Notes: a model not told the origin generated them from the sequence alone. DNA of 64,000 nucleotides from Neoechinorhynchus agilis (GCA_051530055.1 CM121341.1:2531561-2595560), one strand, 5' to 3'; numbered from the stretch's first letter, positions 46,820-60,439 are shown. A program made the numbers and translations.

Positions 46820-48160
46820 AATATATCTCTCGTTGATTGCGTTGACTAAATTCGTTTAAAAGAAACAAAGTAGCAGAATCGCTTTGAATACAATGGCTTT
46901 TTTATCACCTTTATTATTTGCTCCGTGATCGGTATTGGCTCAATTCGGTTCATATGTGCACGTGAAGTATCTTTACCTGGTTTGAGATATAGAGCTTTGG
47001 CCGTTTATTTCGAGTCGGCAAAGATTGCGCGGCTCGAGTTTGTTGGAAGTATTCATAGTATTCAGGGCACGACTATGAATTTCGTTCACTTCGGCGTGTC
47101 GTGAGCGCCTTCCGTCTGATTGCCGAGGCAGCGATTGGTAGTACAAATCGGTACTCGAAGTCTCAGGGACACTGCAATCCTTACCGTCTCGTCGGAGAGT
47201 GCCCACAGAATCGATTAGGAGAGCGTCGAGCAAAGAACTAGATTGTCTAGTCGAGACTGCCGTCCCTAATATATCTCTCGTTGATTGCGTTGACTAAATT
47301 CGTTTAAAAGAAACAAAGTAGCAGAATCGCTTTGAATACAATGGCTTTTTTATCTCCTTTATTATTTGCTCCGTGATCGGTATTGGCTCAATTCGGTTCA
47401 TATGTGCACGTGAAGTATCTTTACCTGGTTTGAGATATAGAGCTTTGGCCGTTTATTTCGAGTCGGCAAAGATTGCGCTGCTCGAGTTTGTTGAAAGTAT
47501 TCATAGTATTCAGGGCACGACTATGAATTTCGTTCACTTCCGCGTGTCGTGAGCGCCTTCCGTCTGATTGCCGAGGCAGCGATTGGAAGTACACATCGGT
47601 ACTCGAAGTCTTAGGGACACTGCAATCCTTACCGTCTCGTCGGAGAGTGCCCACAAAATCGATTAGGAGAGCGTCGAGCAAAGAACTCGATTGTCTAGTC
47701 GAGACTGCCGTCCCTAATATATCTCTCGTTGATTGCGTTGACTAAATTCGTTTAAAAGAAACAAAGTAGCAGAATCGCTTTGAATACAATGGCTTTTTTA
47801 TCTCCTTTATTATTTGCTCCGTGATCGGTATTGGCTCAATTCGGTTCATATGTGCACGTGAAGTATCTTTACCTGGTTTGAGATATAGAGCTTTGGCCGT
47901 TTATTTCGAGTCGGCAAAGATTGCGCTGCTCGAGTTTGTTGAAAGTATTCATAGTATTCAGGGCACGACTATGAATTTCGTTCACTTCCGCGTGTCGTGA
48001 GCGCCTTCCGTCTGATTGCCGAGGCAGCGATTGGAAGTACACATCGGTACTCGAAGTCTTAGGGACACTGCAATCCTTACCGTCTCGTCGGAGAGTGCCC
48101 ACAGAATCGATTAGGAGAGCGTTGAGCAAAGCGCTCGATTGTCTAGTCGAGACTGCCGTC
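46820..48160. repeat. Three tandem 448-bp units
   Basis: ccctaatatatctctcg recurs at ~46817, 47264 and 47712. Three near-identical spurious ORFs on -. Confidence 0.95.
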
Positions 48161-49926
48161 AAGTGAGTTCAATCGGCCAGGTCACATGAATATGAAATTA
48201 AAGAACTCTGAATTCTCGCTATAAGGAGTGAGTCCTCTCGCTACCGGAATCTTCACACCAAAGATTAAGAGCCTCCATGAAATCTTCGACCAAAATGTAA
48301 TTCCCGCCAAGAAAAGACTGAACTATTTTGTGGCTTGATCCATTCGATCCCAAATAAGCTGACAGGAAAATATCTACTTGGCCGCACGACACATGCAAGG
48401 ATCCTTGACGCCAGGTATCGTCCGATAGCTGAGTATTTAAATATTCTCAAGCCAGGCTGCCACCGTTTCGTCTAATTGTTCCATCTTATATTTGTGTCTA
48501 AAAAAGTGCTGCGAGCAGATTATACAGTAATTTTGAAATCAAGAGAGTATTCTTGATCAGGAACAGAGCCTCGTGCAAAGATAATTTCGTTTGCATAGCA
48601 TGTAAAGTTGCGGTTGAAGATTAAATCTCTGTTTCCATGTTAAAAAATACAGCTTCCAAGGATAATCAACCGGTGTAGAGTAATCTATTCTATCTCTGGG
48701 CCAGGTTCTGAAAGTGATTCATGGTATTTTTCCATCTTCATCACTAGTCTCTCATTTTGAAGGATTCAGTTCAATGCCAATTTTCGTCGTTTCCTTCACG
48801 AGTGTCTCCAAATCCCGCAGGACTACAGAGGGATTACCTCCGAGCGTGCCATCGATTTCTTCTTTGAGTGTATTCGCTATTTATACATATAGAATAAAGG
48901 TCAATAATATTTTAAGTTTAACGGAAATACAATTCGATGAAAATGTTTGGTCGGTGTTCGATAGTGCACATAGATTAAAAGTAGTTAAAATTGAAAACAT
49001 TGAGTTATTCAAACCCAATCAATAATTTGTTTTTGATCGTGAGAAAATGAACAACGTTGCGTATTATAAAACATTTTGATAAGGCCGAAGACCTGAAGAA
49101 GTCCGACGAGACGGACGAAATATTGAGAATTCACTAGAAAAATGTTTTTAGAAGCAATATAAAATTTTAGTTAATTTAATTATGATGTCCATCTTGTTAT
49201 GAGATTTAAACGAACGCTCTGATGGAGAAATTTATGAGAATAAATTCAACATGTGATTCCACAGAATATAATTTAACGTTTTAGCTCGCTTAGTATTTAC
49301 ACATTCATTCGGTTGAAACAATAAAAAGATTTCGAAATACCATTTTTGCTCATGCCTTGAATTGAAATTTGTAACGTGACTTTAGGCAATATGATATTGG
49401 AATCGATAAAGATTATGACAAAATAAAGTGCATTCTAAAAGTGTTAAGATTTGTAAATCATAAGGAATTATCTCGATTAGCGTTTGAGATATCGACAACA
49501 ACATTTCTCAATATGTAGGTTCTTTTCATTCAATGAAATGTCTATTAGCTGCACAAATTCCCTTTTGTCTCTAAATATTCTTAAACTTTAATTTATCGTT
49601 GCTTTTGAGGGAGAGAGTTCGATTTCTAAGAATATGATGATAAAAGTAGATGAAAATAAATATTAAAATTCATGCTTCGATCTTTTAGAATGCAAAAGCA
49701 ACTTATGCTTTTCGCATTAAACCCGTGTTCATATTTCCTCGTCATAATCAATAAATTCGTACAAATTGTTTAATCGTGCGCATAAATCACTTATAATAGT
49801 GTTTTAGCTTTGTAAAGGGAATTGATAATATCAGAGAATTGCTTATTTAAATTAATACCCATCATAAAATTTTCAATAGCGGTCTATTACTTAAATTCAC
49901 AAAAATCAAAGCAGTATTTATTTGAA

Positions 49927-50940
49927 TCAAGTGCCAAAACATCGACAAATGTCCGAAATTCTGAACAATCGAATTGTATAATCATGAAGGCACACCAGCG
50001 CTGAATTGAGTGTCAGCGTTCTCTGAAAAGTATGTTTGAAGGGCGACAGTTGGATAAACTCGATCCCCGGGGAAAAGTTTAAACATACGATCCAGAATTG
50101 CCACAAATTTGTTGGATTTTGCGTATCTTGTTGTGTCCGGAAAACTAAGGGCATAACATTCGGTGGATGTAGCGCACTGCTGTTCAATGGAAAGATTCCT
50201 CTTTCCAATGGAGATTTCAGCATCCATCCGTCTCCGTTGATTGTATCATTATAATATAGCAATGTCCGTACTCCATTATCAAGGACCGTCTCATAATCAC
50301 CACTCCCTGGAAACATTGGCCTGCTAACCGCCAGTTCCCCGATAGTGCAACCAAGGCTCCACATGTCGATTGATTTGGCGGTGGGTAAATCCACTATCAA
50401 TTCCGAAGCGCGATAGTATGAAGTTTGGAGGTATCCACAAAGAGACTCTTGGTTTCGTAGCTGCACGGCATGACCAAAATTAATGAGTTTGAATTGTTCA
50501 GATTTACTTAGACAACTGACCATCATAATGCTGATTGGTTTGAAATCTCCATGGACAATATTAAGATCTTTTAACTTCTCCAATTTTCGCAACATTTTGC
50601 ATACCAAGTAGAACAATCGATTGATTTGCATTGCGCCAAATGTGTTTACAGACACATTAAGGTCCATTTCGTAGTGTTCAGGAATAATGAACTGGTGACC
50701 ACAATACTTAAACATTTCGAGGGGAACTGCGATATTTGCTCGTTCTACCTCGGCCTCTTTTATTGTCTTAAACATCTTGACTTCGTAATCATCCATTTAG
50801 AAGTTCAGAGTGGCGTTCTTTAAGATCTTAACTGCAAAGTTACGGTTGGATCCCCTCTGTTTGCGTTTGAGGATTTGCCTGCAGCTGCACTCGCCAATTA
50901 AGTATCCCGTGATAATATCAATGGTTTCTAATTTCAATTG
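49927..50940 (-). pseudogene. HIPK/DYRK-family kinase pseudogene or pseudokinase, copy 2
   Basis: Mirror of copy 1; HGDFKPISIM, INFG, YLQTSYYRASE; same upstream in-frame stop. Confidence 0.8.
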
Positions 50941-51132
50941 GTCTCTTTTATTGTCTTAAACATCTTGACTTCGCAATCATCAATTTAGAAGTTAAGTGTG
51001 GCGTTCTTTAAGATCTTATCTGCGAGGTTACGGTTGGATTCCCTCTGTTTGCGTTTGAGGATTTGCCTGCAGCTGCATTCGCCAATTAAGTCTCCCGTGA
51101 TAATATCGATGGTTTCTAATTTCAATTGGTCT
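50755..51132. repeat. ~188-bp tandem duplication (kinase N-lobe segment), present only in the right arm
   Basis: tattgtcttaaacatcttgacttcg ... atttcaattggtctc occurs twice in tandem. The arm coordinate sum shifts from 93828 to 94016. Confidence 0.9.
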
Positions 51133-52594
51133 CATATTTCAATTGGTCTCCAATTTCAATCAAATTTTGAATGGGAAACACAACACTTTCTCTCCCTCAA
51201 GAGCAACGCCTTAAAAATTTACTTCATCAAACGCCTCCGACATTAAGGAATCCCTTCACCTGATCTACAAATTTTACTTCAGCTTTACTTTACCCTCGTC
51301 ACCTACGGTTATCCCGCATTTTGCAACCTATCCAGATCTCAAGTCTGTCGTCTTGAAATTCTTCATAAAATAGCACCTAAAATTTGCACGGCTGACTTTC
51401 CCCCTCTCACCGAATATTTTAATAAAATTTTCATAAAACAATCAAAACGCCTCTCAACCCTACAACCACAATTTCTTCCACATTTCGCTTCCTTTTCACA
51501 CGAGCGCAACACTCGTAATCCTAATTCGTTTCATCTTCACTCGGCCTCACCTACGCTCCTTTTTCCATGCTAGACAATATTGTCGAATATCAGAACTTGA
51601 AAGGAACTTAAGGAGAGATCATTGAGGTCGACAAGATCAATGAAAGTAATCGCGAATTGTCGGAATCTTTTAGTTCTCGATTGAACTCTGGATAAAAATT
51701 AAATTTAGACGAAAATCCAGCCAGGGAAATAGTTTACCGCCCTTTTCGCTTTTTACAGACAATCCTTAGAATGTAGTTTTTGGTTACCAATTCCTTTGTT
51801 CATGTCATTTTCGAGCAACTCATGATGATAATGTCGTCGATATTCAGAACACCATTTATCCTAAAGAGGGTGAAATCGATGTGATTTTTAATGAGTCGCT
51901 TTTGACTGAAGTAAAAAATGACCACCATCTTTATTTTTTGGGAAATACTTTAAGGCTCGAAAATTACTGGACATTTAAGATTGTTGGCTGTAAAATCTCA
52001 AAAAAATGCAGCTTCTCCGGGCTACTAGCTGAGAATTGGCCTTCAATGAGTCGCTACGTCCCTTAAAAGGATTGCATTAATGTGTTCCAGTCCCCCAATA
52101 TAAGAATAATCGCGATGTAATCAGTTTGTTGCCGTTATTAAAATCGTTTGCTCTATTCTGTAAAGTTATCGCCAGATGATGATAAGGTGATTGTAAGTTC
52201 TGAGAGTGGATGTCGGTCGTTTCCGAGTTTTGTAGTGTCGCAGTTGCGTCCATTTCTCACTTTTCCTTTCTCGTCCAAACTCAAAGTTTCGTTTTATCCA
52301 CAACGGTACAGTTAGACGTCCGATAAAAATAAGAATTATATGCTGAAAATTAAAAAAAGAAGATTTAAGACAATTCACACGGACCTTGAGGTTTTAGCAA
52401 TGAAGATTTTTGTAAAAATAATTGTCAATATCTACTTGCCAATCTAATGAAAAGCAGTTCGACAGCAAATTTAATACATTTATCATCTTTATTGGTAAGG
52501 TGGATAAAGACTTGTATTCTGAAATACTTTAGGATTCATCAGTCTGCCATAATGATCTGTCGAGGACAGTAACTTTCTTTATGCTGAAGCCGCT

Positions 52595-53374
52595 ACAAAA
52601 ATTAGATCAAAATGACTTTAAAGCCATTAAAAGAAGAATATAACTTTTAATCTATAAAAATGTTTGTACTAAAATAATGAAAGTACAGCCTTTGCGGTCC
52701 TCTACTCGGCGACAGTTGATGTGGCTGTATCTTCGAGTGCGTAATCCCTCTGAATCTTTTCCAATAAAGGTTCATTAACCAGATCAAAATAATCGATATT
52801 TAATTACATCCTACGCATATGCCAGCGATATTCAAAGTGGGTGGATTTTGCTTTTGAAGGCAAGGAGGCTCCTTGATGCATATTTTGTGCAGAGGAGCTC
52901 ACGAAATTTTTGTAGAGTGGCTTTAGTTTTTTCGGATGCTGAAGCCATTTGCTTTGCTCGAATCGATTTGAACTCGCGATCAGTATAGCATCTAAGTAGA
53001 CGAAAGCAAAATCCACACCTGAACAAACCGTATCCATCAGCCGCTGGAATGTTCGGGGAAATCTGCGAGAATTTTACTAAATTCGTCGTTCTTCGATCGG
53101 AGGAAATCGACGCTGATGGCTTCGATCGATACAGAAACGGAGGCTAATGGTATCGCTGCGAAAGTTTCTGCATTAACCAGCTGCTTATTCCTTACGTCGA
53201 CCAGTAAACCTGAGTGTCGAAGGAAATCAGCGCCTAGGATAGGATGTTTAACCGCGGCAACAGTGAACATCCATTCCGTCTGAGTTTTACCGAAATTCAA
53301 CTGCAATAGCTTGTTGCCGAATGTTGGGATTGTTGAACCGTTTGCAACTGTAAGTGCTCTGCCAGAGTGTTTGG
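52595..53374 (-). mobile_element. Inverted, further-deleted copy of the Gypsy relic region (mirrors 40996-40741 and ~39993-39529)
   Basis: Identical peptide LQLNFGKTQTEWMFTVAAVKHPILGADFL on the opposite strand. Confidence 0.85.
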
Positions 53375-54084
53375 GACGGCACATTCAGCAAAGCTTCTTG
53401 CTATTTAGTAAAATGTTTGACTTGCATGAACTTCAGAAACCAATGGTTTCTATTAACCCCTGAATTCGTGTCTTGGATCATTGAACACGTCGGATATTAT
53501 AATGAACCTCGAATGTTCGTTGATCGTCTTTCCTTGACTCCTGAATTTATTACTGGGGTATTGTTGTATTATTATAAATGGGTGTTGTTGGCCTTAACTT
53601 TTTCGCAAAACCATAATCTCTTCTAGCCATTTTTATGTTTTGACAAAAGATTAGGGTTTTCCTTGTTTGAAATTAATTTGCAAAAAAGCTCAGCCTTTTT
53701 CGATCGAGTTTTTCCTTCGGGGGGTTCAGTTCATTTTCTCTATACGGCGAGTTTTTCCTCCTCGCGATTTATTTGTAAACTTGCAAATTTTCGAAGCCTC
53801 AACCATCTAATCTGAGGGAAACTCCGATCCGAAATGCTTCGTCTACGAAGAGTGTTCCAACGGATGCAATGGGTAGGGCTTCTAACCATGCTCCCGACTC
53901 TCTTGTAGAGATTGCCAGCAATCTAGTCCGGTCGACGTCGTCGCGAAGCCTGAGATTAGAGAACCATGAGCTCGGGTAACTAAAGTTTATCCCAGATAGA
54001 CTGCTTTAGGCCATTCACGGGAACTTGGTTGTAACCCGTCTAAAATGTGCTCGAGACACGCCTTCACATTGTCATCGAGCTTCT

Positions 54085-55175
54085 TTAACTTATCCTCTCA
54101 AGACCCTGAATGGCCGCGGTGATTCGTAGATCGACGATGTCGAGGATTTTAGCGGAGAAATCAGCCAACTTCTTTTCCAAGGTGTCATCATAAGTCGTTC
54201 GTAGATTATTAACATCTTTGGATGTACCCAGTTGTTGCCTTGGGTATGTTTTTATGGTTGTATTGGTTGTTGCAGATCCTCTTATGGGTTTGTCCTTTGT
54301 CGTATTCCAACTATTCTGGGCAACTCGAGTGTCGGATGAATTATTTCCCTTGGATCCAAGCAGTCTCGCCCACACAACATATTCCTTAAATGCTTTACAA
54401 TTCTTCGAGAACGCACAATGTCCATCTCGATCGCAGTTTGAGCAGTGGCTTTTCTTTTTCTCACATTTGGTACTGTGGTGGTCTTGGCCACAAAAAGCGC
54501 ATCGCGTGACCTTGGAGCACCGAGGAAAGTAATATTCGTCGTAACGCGAAATCTCGTTTGAAGTAAATTTAACCTCCATGGATTGGAAGAAGGATCGCTT
54601 AGTGCAAAGTGCGTCCCTCCGTTCGACCGCTGCTTTTACAATAGCTTTGGGAATAAACTTCCCCGTTCTTGATGACTTCAGGAAAAAGAGCAATTTGACT
54701 TCGAATTTTTCCTCGAACGCTATCTTATTGCATCATCAATATCTGGAGAGAGCCCAAAAACGATAAAGGTTGATTCATAACTTGTGTTCGAAATTGTCAC
54801 ACCTGCAAGGTTGTAGTTTTTCTTGATGAAAGTCAGAAAAGCCTTCATAAAATCCGCTGCTATAAACCTGATTTTCAATATTCCTCCGAAATAGCTGATA
54901 GATGAAATACGATGGATATCATCCTTAAAGGATTTGAGCCACAGAGCCAGATAACGTCTGTGTAGCTCTTTTCTGGGTTGTATTGGATTTGCTTCGATTC
55001 TTATCGTATTGGGACATCTTTTAAAAGGCACCTCCACGAAGTGCTTACTGTTTTGATCGCTGAGAAGTTGATTCCGAATGTCCGGAGGCACGGGAATTCT
55101 CAGAACATTGGGTGGCCGTTCGCCACCCTCCACCGCAATAGCTTGTTGGGCACACATTTTGTGATTGTTGATCAA
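54085..55175 (-). mobile_element. Gag-like ORF1 of an I/Jockey-group LINE with zinc knuckles, frameshifted near 54700
   Basis: CAFCGQDHHSTKC and CSNCDRDGHCAFSKNC knuckles. Upstream RRM-like region (FIVFGLSPDI). Confidence 0.7.
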
Positions 55176-56005
55176 GTGATTGCAATGTTCCTCATCTTAC
55201 CGTCCATTTTGCTTAGTCGAAAATATTGATCGGCGAAAATTCGCACTCAAAGTTGCGTTGATAAAAATATCAAAGAGAGATTCGATTAAAGTTAATATGT
55301 ATTTTTATATTATCTGATCGCCTAAATGATTGCTTAAGATGCCTTGAAGTTTCCGCGACCAAAAAGTTAAAAACTATCTCATTTTTATTAAAGATAATAA
55401 CGTTTCCTCCTTGAGGATAAGGTGTTAATAAAATCTTCATCGTTGCTGAAATTCCAATTTTTGTATTCGTTAACAGCGTCTGTTTCAATGGCGTCCAATT
55501 CAATCCTTATTTTCTGAACTTCATCTTGTCGATTCAAAGTCATCCTTGCATCTCGTCTTTTGAAGGCTATAATTTGATCGATTTCTTTGCACTTTCGTTC
55601 ATCTTCACGACTGAACAGCTTTGCATAGAAGTGGCGATTCTTCTTGTAAATGCGTTTCATATTAAGTCAAGATTGCGATAAACAGTAACCGAACTGGAAA
55701 ATTTCTTAACTAAGAAGGTGAGTCTTTCCCTGGCCGATCCACGTGACCAGCATTCTAGCCAATAAGGTTTCGAGCTATAGCAAATAAATCAGCAGTAACT
55801 TCTGAAGGTCATAATCTAGATGGGTTATTACTAATCACATGATATTTTACCCCATCAACTTACCAAGTAACCATCATTGTTGATTACTCATTTTGAATAT
55901 GTTAGACTTCTATTCTTTCTCTAAAAGTTGCTTGAATTTAATGAGTCAAGCGTAAACCTGACGGATTAACGTTTACGTTAGACGGCAATTGTTTTTGGTC
56001 ATTCC

Positions 56006-56822
56006 TGACGGTGCCCAACCTTTTAAATGATTACGCAGCTTTTTGTAGGTTTTACCTAATGATCAGTAACTTGATGTGGGGATTCGGCTGCTTGATGAAG
56101 AGGCCAGAATAAAATGATTGGTATTCAATTAATGGAAGATGCTCTTCTATGCGTTTATATTCCATCTAAAATCGGTCAATAATCGTCCGCTCAAACGTTA
56201 TTCGCATACCAGGCACTAGAAATTCTTACTAAAAAGCCACAACACCCAAGATATCCGTCGAATAAGATGTCCGCCTCGCAATAAAAGCCTTTGAATATCG
56301 ATATCATGAGCCCTTAAAAGCTTAAATGAAAATGCGACTAAAATTCTTTGGTAACACATGATTGCGATTCGCAAACCATCCATTGAACCATTTTAATGCT
56401 ACGTTTGAGTATACTTTGTTCAAAGCAAGATGATCGGATCCCAGTATCTGAATAGATGATGAAATTGTCTTTGTGTCCCATTTTTCCTTAACAATACCTG
56501 AGTTATGCTAACAAACTAGACATGACAACCAGTCTAGTTCCGATTCTCGGTCGCTGAAAAGTTTGTGAAATTTTGTTATATCATTTAGATTTTGTCCCTT
56601 CGGAGCAGAGACGCATGGAGCACTCGGCACTCTGCTCGAGGATCTCTCGAGGAAATCGAGAAAAGCGACCGGCGACGCACGAGCAGGTGTATTCCTGCGG
56701 CAAAATATATCGCTCGCAGTACAACGAGGCAATGCTGCTAGGGTGATAGCGACAGCCGAGGAAGGAGAGAAGCTAAGAATTTGCGGACGGTGGAGCTTGC
56801 ACGTTTTGTGCTTTATTATTAG
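56006..56822. repeat. Outer right arm of P2 (inverted copy of ~38425-39375, lacking ~130 bp)
   Basis: tgacggtgcccaacc mirrors ggttgggtaccgtca; the CRE 3' end is mirrored. Confidence 0.9.
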
Positions 56823-57289
56823 TTGGCATAAAATTCACGTTGCTAAAAACAATTTATCCAGTTTTTTAAACAGATTAAGACGTGTCGGATCTCTGATCTT
56901 TTAACCAAGTTTCCTGATTGATGCTACAAGATGTGAGTTAGCTTATCGCTATTGAAGTACACGATACCGGGCATTTACGCAAAACCCATTTGTTAACACT
57001 GATTGGGTTAATGTCAAATGCTTGAGCCAATACTCTGTCCGCCAAAGGCACAGATCCAAATACGACGTCGAATTGTACGGGGGGAAAGTGGGGTATTGAA
57101 GTTAGATAATCTCATGCGAGTCAATAGACCTCATTGCACATTTCAGCCACTTTTGTGAAGTTTTATTGAAGTTCCCGAAGGCGAGATATGCTCCTAGATT
57201 AAAAACATTTCGCAGAAGCTCTTTCGTACGTAGAAAATGAACTCACTGAGACCGAATGTAGATATTGCAGGCAAAAATGTACCGCCCAT

Positions 57290-57725
57290 AGTACTAGAAC
57301 GAAAACTTCGAAACATTTAGAGAAGTTCAAATAGAGTTTGTGATTTGCTCAGAAATCTTTGATGTTGATAATTTCGTTAGAGGTTAAGGAGAGGGAGAGG
57401 TGGAAGGGCGATTTTGTGATGAGGGTGAGATCGTCGGCAAATAAGAAACGTTTAGAGTGAGATGAGAGAGGTTTAAGAAAATATTAAAAAGAAGTGGTGA
57501 CAGCACCTCGAGGTAAGCCTTTGGTGAAAGATATTCTGATTGAGGAGATTGCCCAGCGGTCAGTGTCTATCTGCCACAAGTTGATACCGAAATCGGAGCA
57601 AGCCCGTAGAAGCAGTAAATGGTCCACGGACTCGAAGGCTTTGGTTAAATCAAAAAACTTGTTTATGATGTGGGTAAGAGGTTTTCAACTAGCATTTCCG
57701 CTATCATTTCGATTGACTAAAGCCA
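57290..57725 (-). mobile_element. CR1/L2-like RT fragment (related piece at ~59290-59760)
   Basis: FFDLTKAFESVD and FLFADD on -. gttgataccgaaatcggagcaagcccg is shared with ~59405. Confidence 0.65.
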
Positions 57726-57883
57726 TTTAACAATCGTTCTTGAAGCTCTCTGTTGGTGGCTTTTAAGTGTCCATTTTCGCCTTGAAGCAGCTTCAAATGC
57801 CTACATTCGTCCTCAAATTTCTCGATCCGCGCAAGTAGATAATGTTCGTTAGGGGTCAGTTTGGTGTTGCACACAAGAATTGA

Positions 57884-59186
57884 AATATCGCTGAGTAGCC
57901 GGGCGCAATCGTTTATATGTCTCATGACGATTCCACAGTTTGAACAAATAGATTAACTCGAGATATTAGAGCAGTTATTTTTGGAATGAGAAACGAAGAA
58001 GTGCATATCCTTCACTTTCAATTGACAAGAAATGTAGATGTGGCCACTGATCAGACATTTCGAACATTGAGGAACTAAGAAGTCGTGAATGGATCGGTGG
58101 CCATGAATATGAGGGCAATAGCCAACAAAACAAATGGCTTTCAATCTCGTTTAGAAAGGTATTTAATGGGAATGAAATCGTGCTCTGGATCCAAAATGTC
58201 AACAATGAGTTTATGTAAACAAACCAAAAACGTATACAGTAATTCCGTTGAAAACGTCAACAATGTTCAAGTGTTTAATAACATTTCGAAATCGCTTGCG
58301 CATCTCGTGAAGTAGGTAAGTTCGAGCTGTATATCCACTTTTGGGTATCCTTTCAACCTTTACTCCGATGAACTTTATCAGCGTAGTAGTACTGATCTGC
58401 AGCTTTGCCACTTTTCCGGCCAAAAACCGATGCTACGCCTTGAATCCAATCACCAGTACTGAAAAGGTGGATGGAGACATCGTTATTGAGAATGAGATTC
58501 AACGAATCGATACCACCACCCCAGCTCAAACCAAAGGAAAAACCGATGCCGTCGCTGTGGACGCTAAAGAGGATGTAAATCCCGAATCTGCAAGCGAAAT
58601 GGCAGCAATAGAATCAACCGAACTCAATTCTCAAATTGATGTCGTTGAAAAAGAAAGCAACGCCACAAAACCAACAATTGATAGAGCTATGCCTGGCGCA
58701 ACGGAGACAATCGAAATTGTTGATAAAAAGAAAACGCTTCTTGCCTCCGGACAGTCCACCAACTCCACGATCGGCTCTTCAGAAACGAAATCTTTCATCG
58801 GCAGTGAAAAGATATTGACGGATGGTAAAGGAAATGCACAAAAGACTGCTCTTAATATTGGAAGATTTCTGAACAAGATCAAGAATAAGCATCTTCCTTT
58901 CAAATACCGGAACAATTTAATGTCGAATATACACTGGGCATCGCACTGAGGAAATTTTATTCGAACTAAAGCGACGATGCCTTGGCACGCGCAATTTTAG
59001 ATTTATTAGCTGTTTAGAATAGTTCTTACAACAATAAAATTTAGTTAGTTTTCTTTCCACATACAACTTCTGCGAAGGACGAATCAAAGTTTAACATTCC
59101 TTCAATTTTTTGTTACTATAAATTGAACCAATGTAAAATATCCATTGACCGTCTCAGCCATTTCACTAACAGCAACCGAGGATGCA
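57884..59186. repeat. Diverged direct copy of ~36505-37900
   Basis: Offset 21354 across the ORFs; starts gaaatatcgctgagtagcc, ends caaccgaggatgc. Confidence 0.9.
58341..58949 (+). CDS. Putative secreted protein, paralog 2
   Basis: Near-identical to 36987-37652 up to GRFLN, with a different cationic C-terminus. Confidence 0.6.
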   Translation: MGILSTFTPMNFISVVVLICSFATFPAKNRCYALNPITSTEKVDGDIVIENEIQRIDTTTPAQTKGKTDAVAVDAKEDVNPESASEMAAIESTELNSQIDVVEKESNATKPTIDRAMPGATETIEIVDKKKTLLASGQSTNSTIGSSETKSFIGSEKILTDGKGNAQKTALNIGRFLNKIKNKHLPFKYRNNLMSNIHWASH

Positions 59187-60324
59187 ATCTCGGTCAACTA
59201 TTTAGGCATTTGGCTGCAAATGGCAGCAAGACATTAATCGTGATTCTCCGTTTTTGATTTCATGTTTGACCTTTCTATAGAATTCTGCTCGATTTCGGCG
59301 TTTGCAAGCCTCTGGTGAGGGATAGGCTGATTGAGGAGGTTGCACGGCAGTGAATGTTTTGCTTGCGATTGTGAAGATGAGATTCGAACTAGCGGATCTG
59401 CCACAAGTTGATACCGAAATCGGAGCAAGCCCGGAGAAGGAGTAAATGGTCCACGGACTCGAATGCTTTCGTTAAATCAAAAACTGTGGTTTATGATGTG
59501 GGTTAGAAGGTCGATTAGTTCGGGGATGATGTAGCGAAGAGTCCAGTATGGCATTTCAGATTGAGGGGCGAAGCTAATAAGACGTATAATCATTCATATC
59601 ATTTTAACTTGTGAGGACGATTTTCAAAAGTCTCCTTGATTTTCAATATGTGTGATAAGATTGGTAGATAAGCTATAGCCCGGTATTGTCAGCTTATTAA
59701 AGGCTTGCGGTATATTTAAACCTTAGAAGCGTCTGAGAATTTTTCGGATTCTTTACTTCCCCAACACTGACTCAGATTTAATCAGTAGCTTGGCTTTTTG
59801 AGAGTGCAGTCCTATACGAGGAATCGACTCGTTCAGAAAAATTAAGAATGACAACAATTTTGATTTAGCTGCGAGATCATTAGCGTCCTTGATGATTACC
59901 ACCAGATCATCCGCGCGAAATTGGTGAGCCTCAAGTATTCCCTTGGTTTGCAAGAAATTCCCAGTAAAAAGGGCACTTTACGACGATGATGAAAACGGTT
60001 TTATTGATCACCACAACATTTTAAAACCATCAAACGATTTGAATAATACGTAAAGTTTAATTCTGCGGCTCATTATGAAATTTTTTCAGTTTCTTCAATG
60101 AACCTTAGAACAAGTCTAATCGTTGAAACTGTTCCAAAAAAATACTGTTAGGCATTCGCTATAGGAACTTTTCTCGTCGTGTAAATTTGCAGTTTTATTA
60201 TTTGCTAGGATTTAAACGAGAAGCCAAACATTCGGCATCGCTAAAAACCTGACTTTTAATCTCCGACCAGTGAGCATTTTAAGAGACTACCAAAGAAACG
60301 GTTTCCATTTTCGCATCGCGTAGC

Positions 60325-60439
60325 TTTCTAGAGACCTTCTAAACGCTTTCTAGGAAACAATTTACGCGCCGGAGAAACATCTAGAATTTGTCTAGACTCT
60401 TTCTAGAGAGAAACTAGAATTTAACGCTTTAGTATAAAA
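60325..60439 (+). promoter_or_regulatory. Heat-shock element cluster and TATA box of the small HSP gene
   Basis: Alternating nGAAn/nTTCn arrays (TTCtaGAG, aGAAacATCtaGAA, TTCtaGAGaGAAactaGAA) at 60325-60420. TATAAAA at 60433-60439, 40 nt before the ATG. Confidence 0.75.

Larger units (their letters stand above)
47875..52593. repeat. Right inner arm of palindrome P2
   Basis: Reverse complement of 41486-45965, with a ~188-bp tandem duplication and ~80 bp of unique sequence at 52441-52518. Confidence 0.95.

Noticed and set aside
46820-48160. CRISPR-like array or repeated protein-coding gene (ORFs MLDALLID...)
   Set aside because: The units are near-identical over their whole length with no unique spacers; the ORFs have no motif and arise from the repeat.
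55270-55660. Independent gene upstream of the gag-like ORF
   Set aside because: Fragmented frames with no motif; probably TE debris, but it cannot be assigned.
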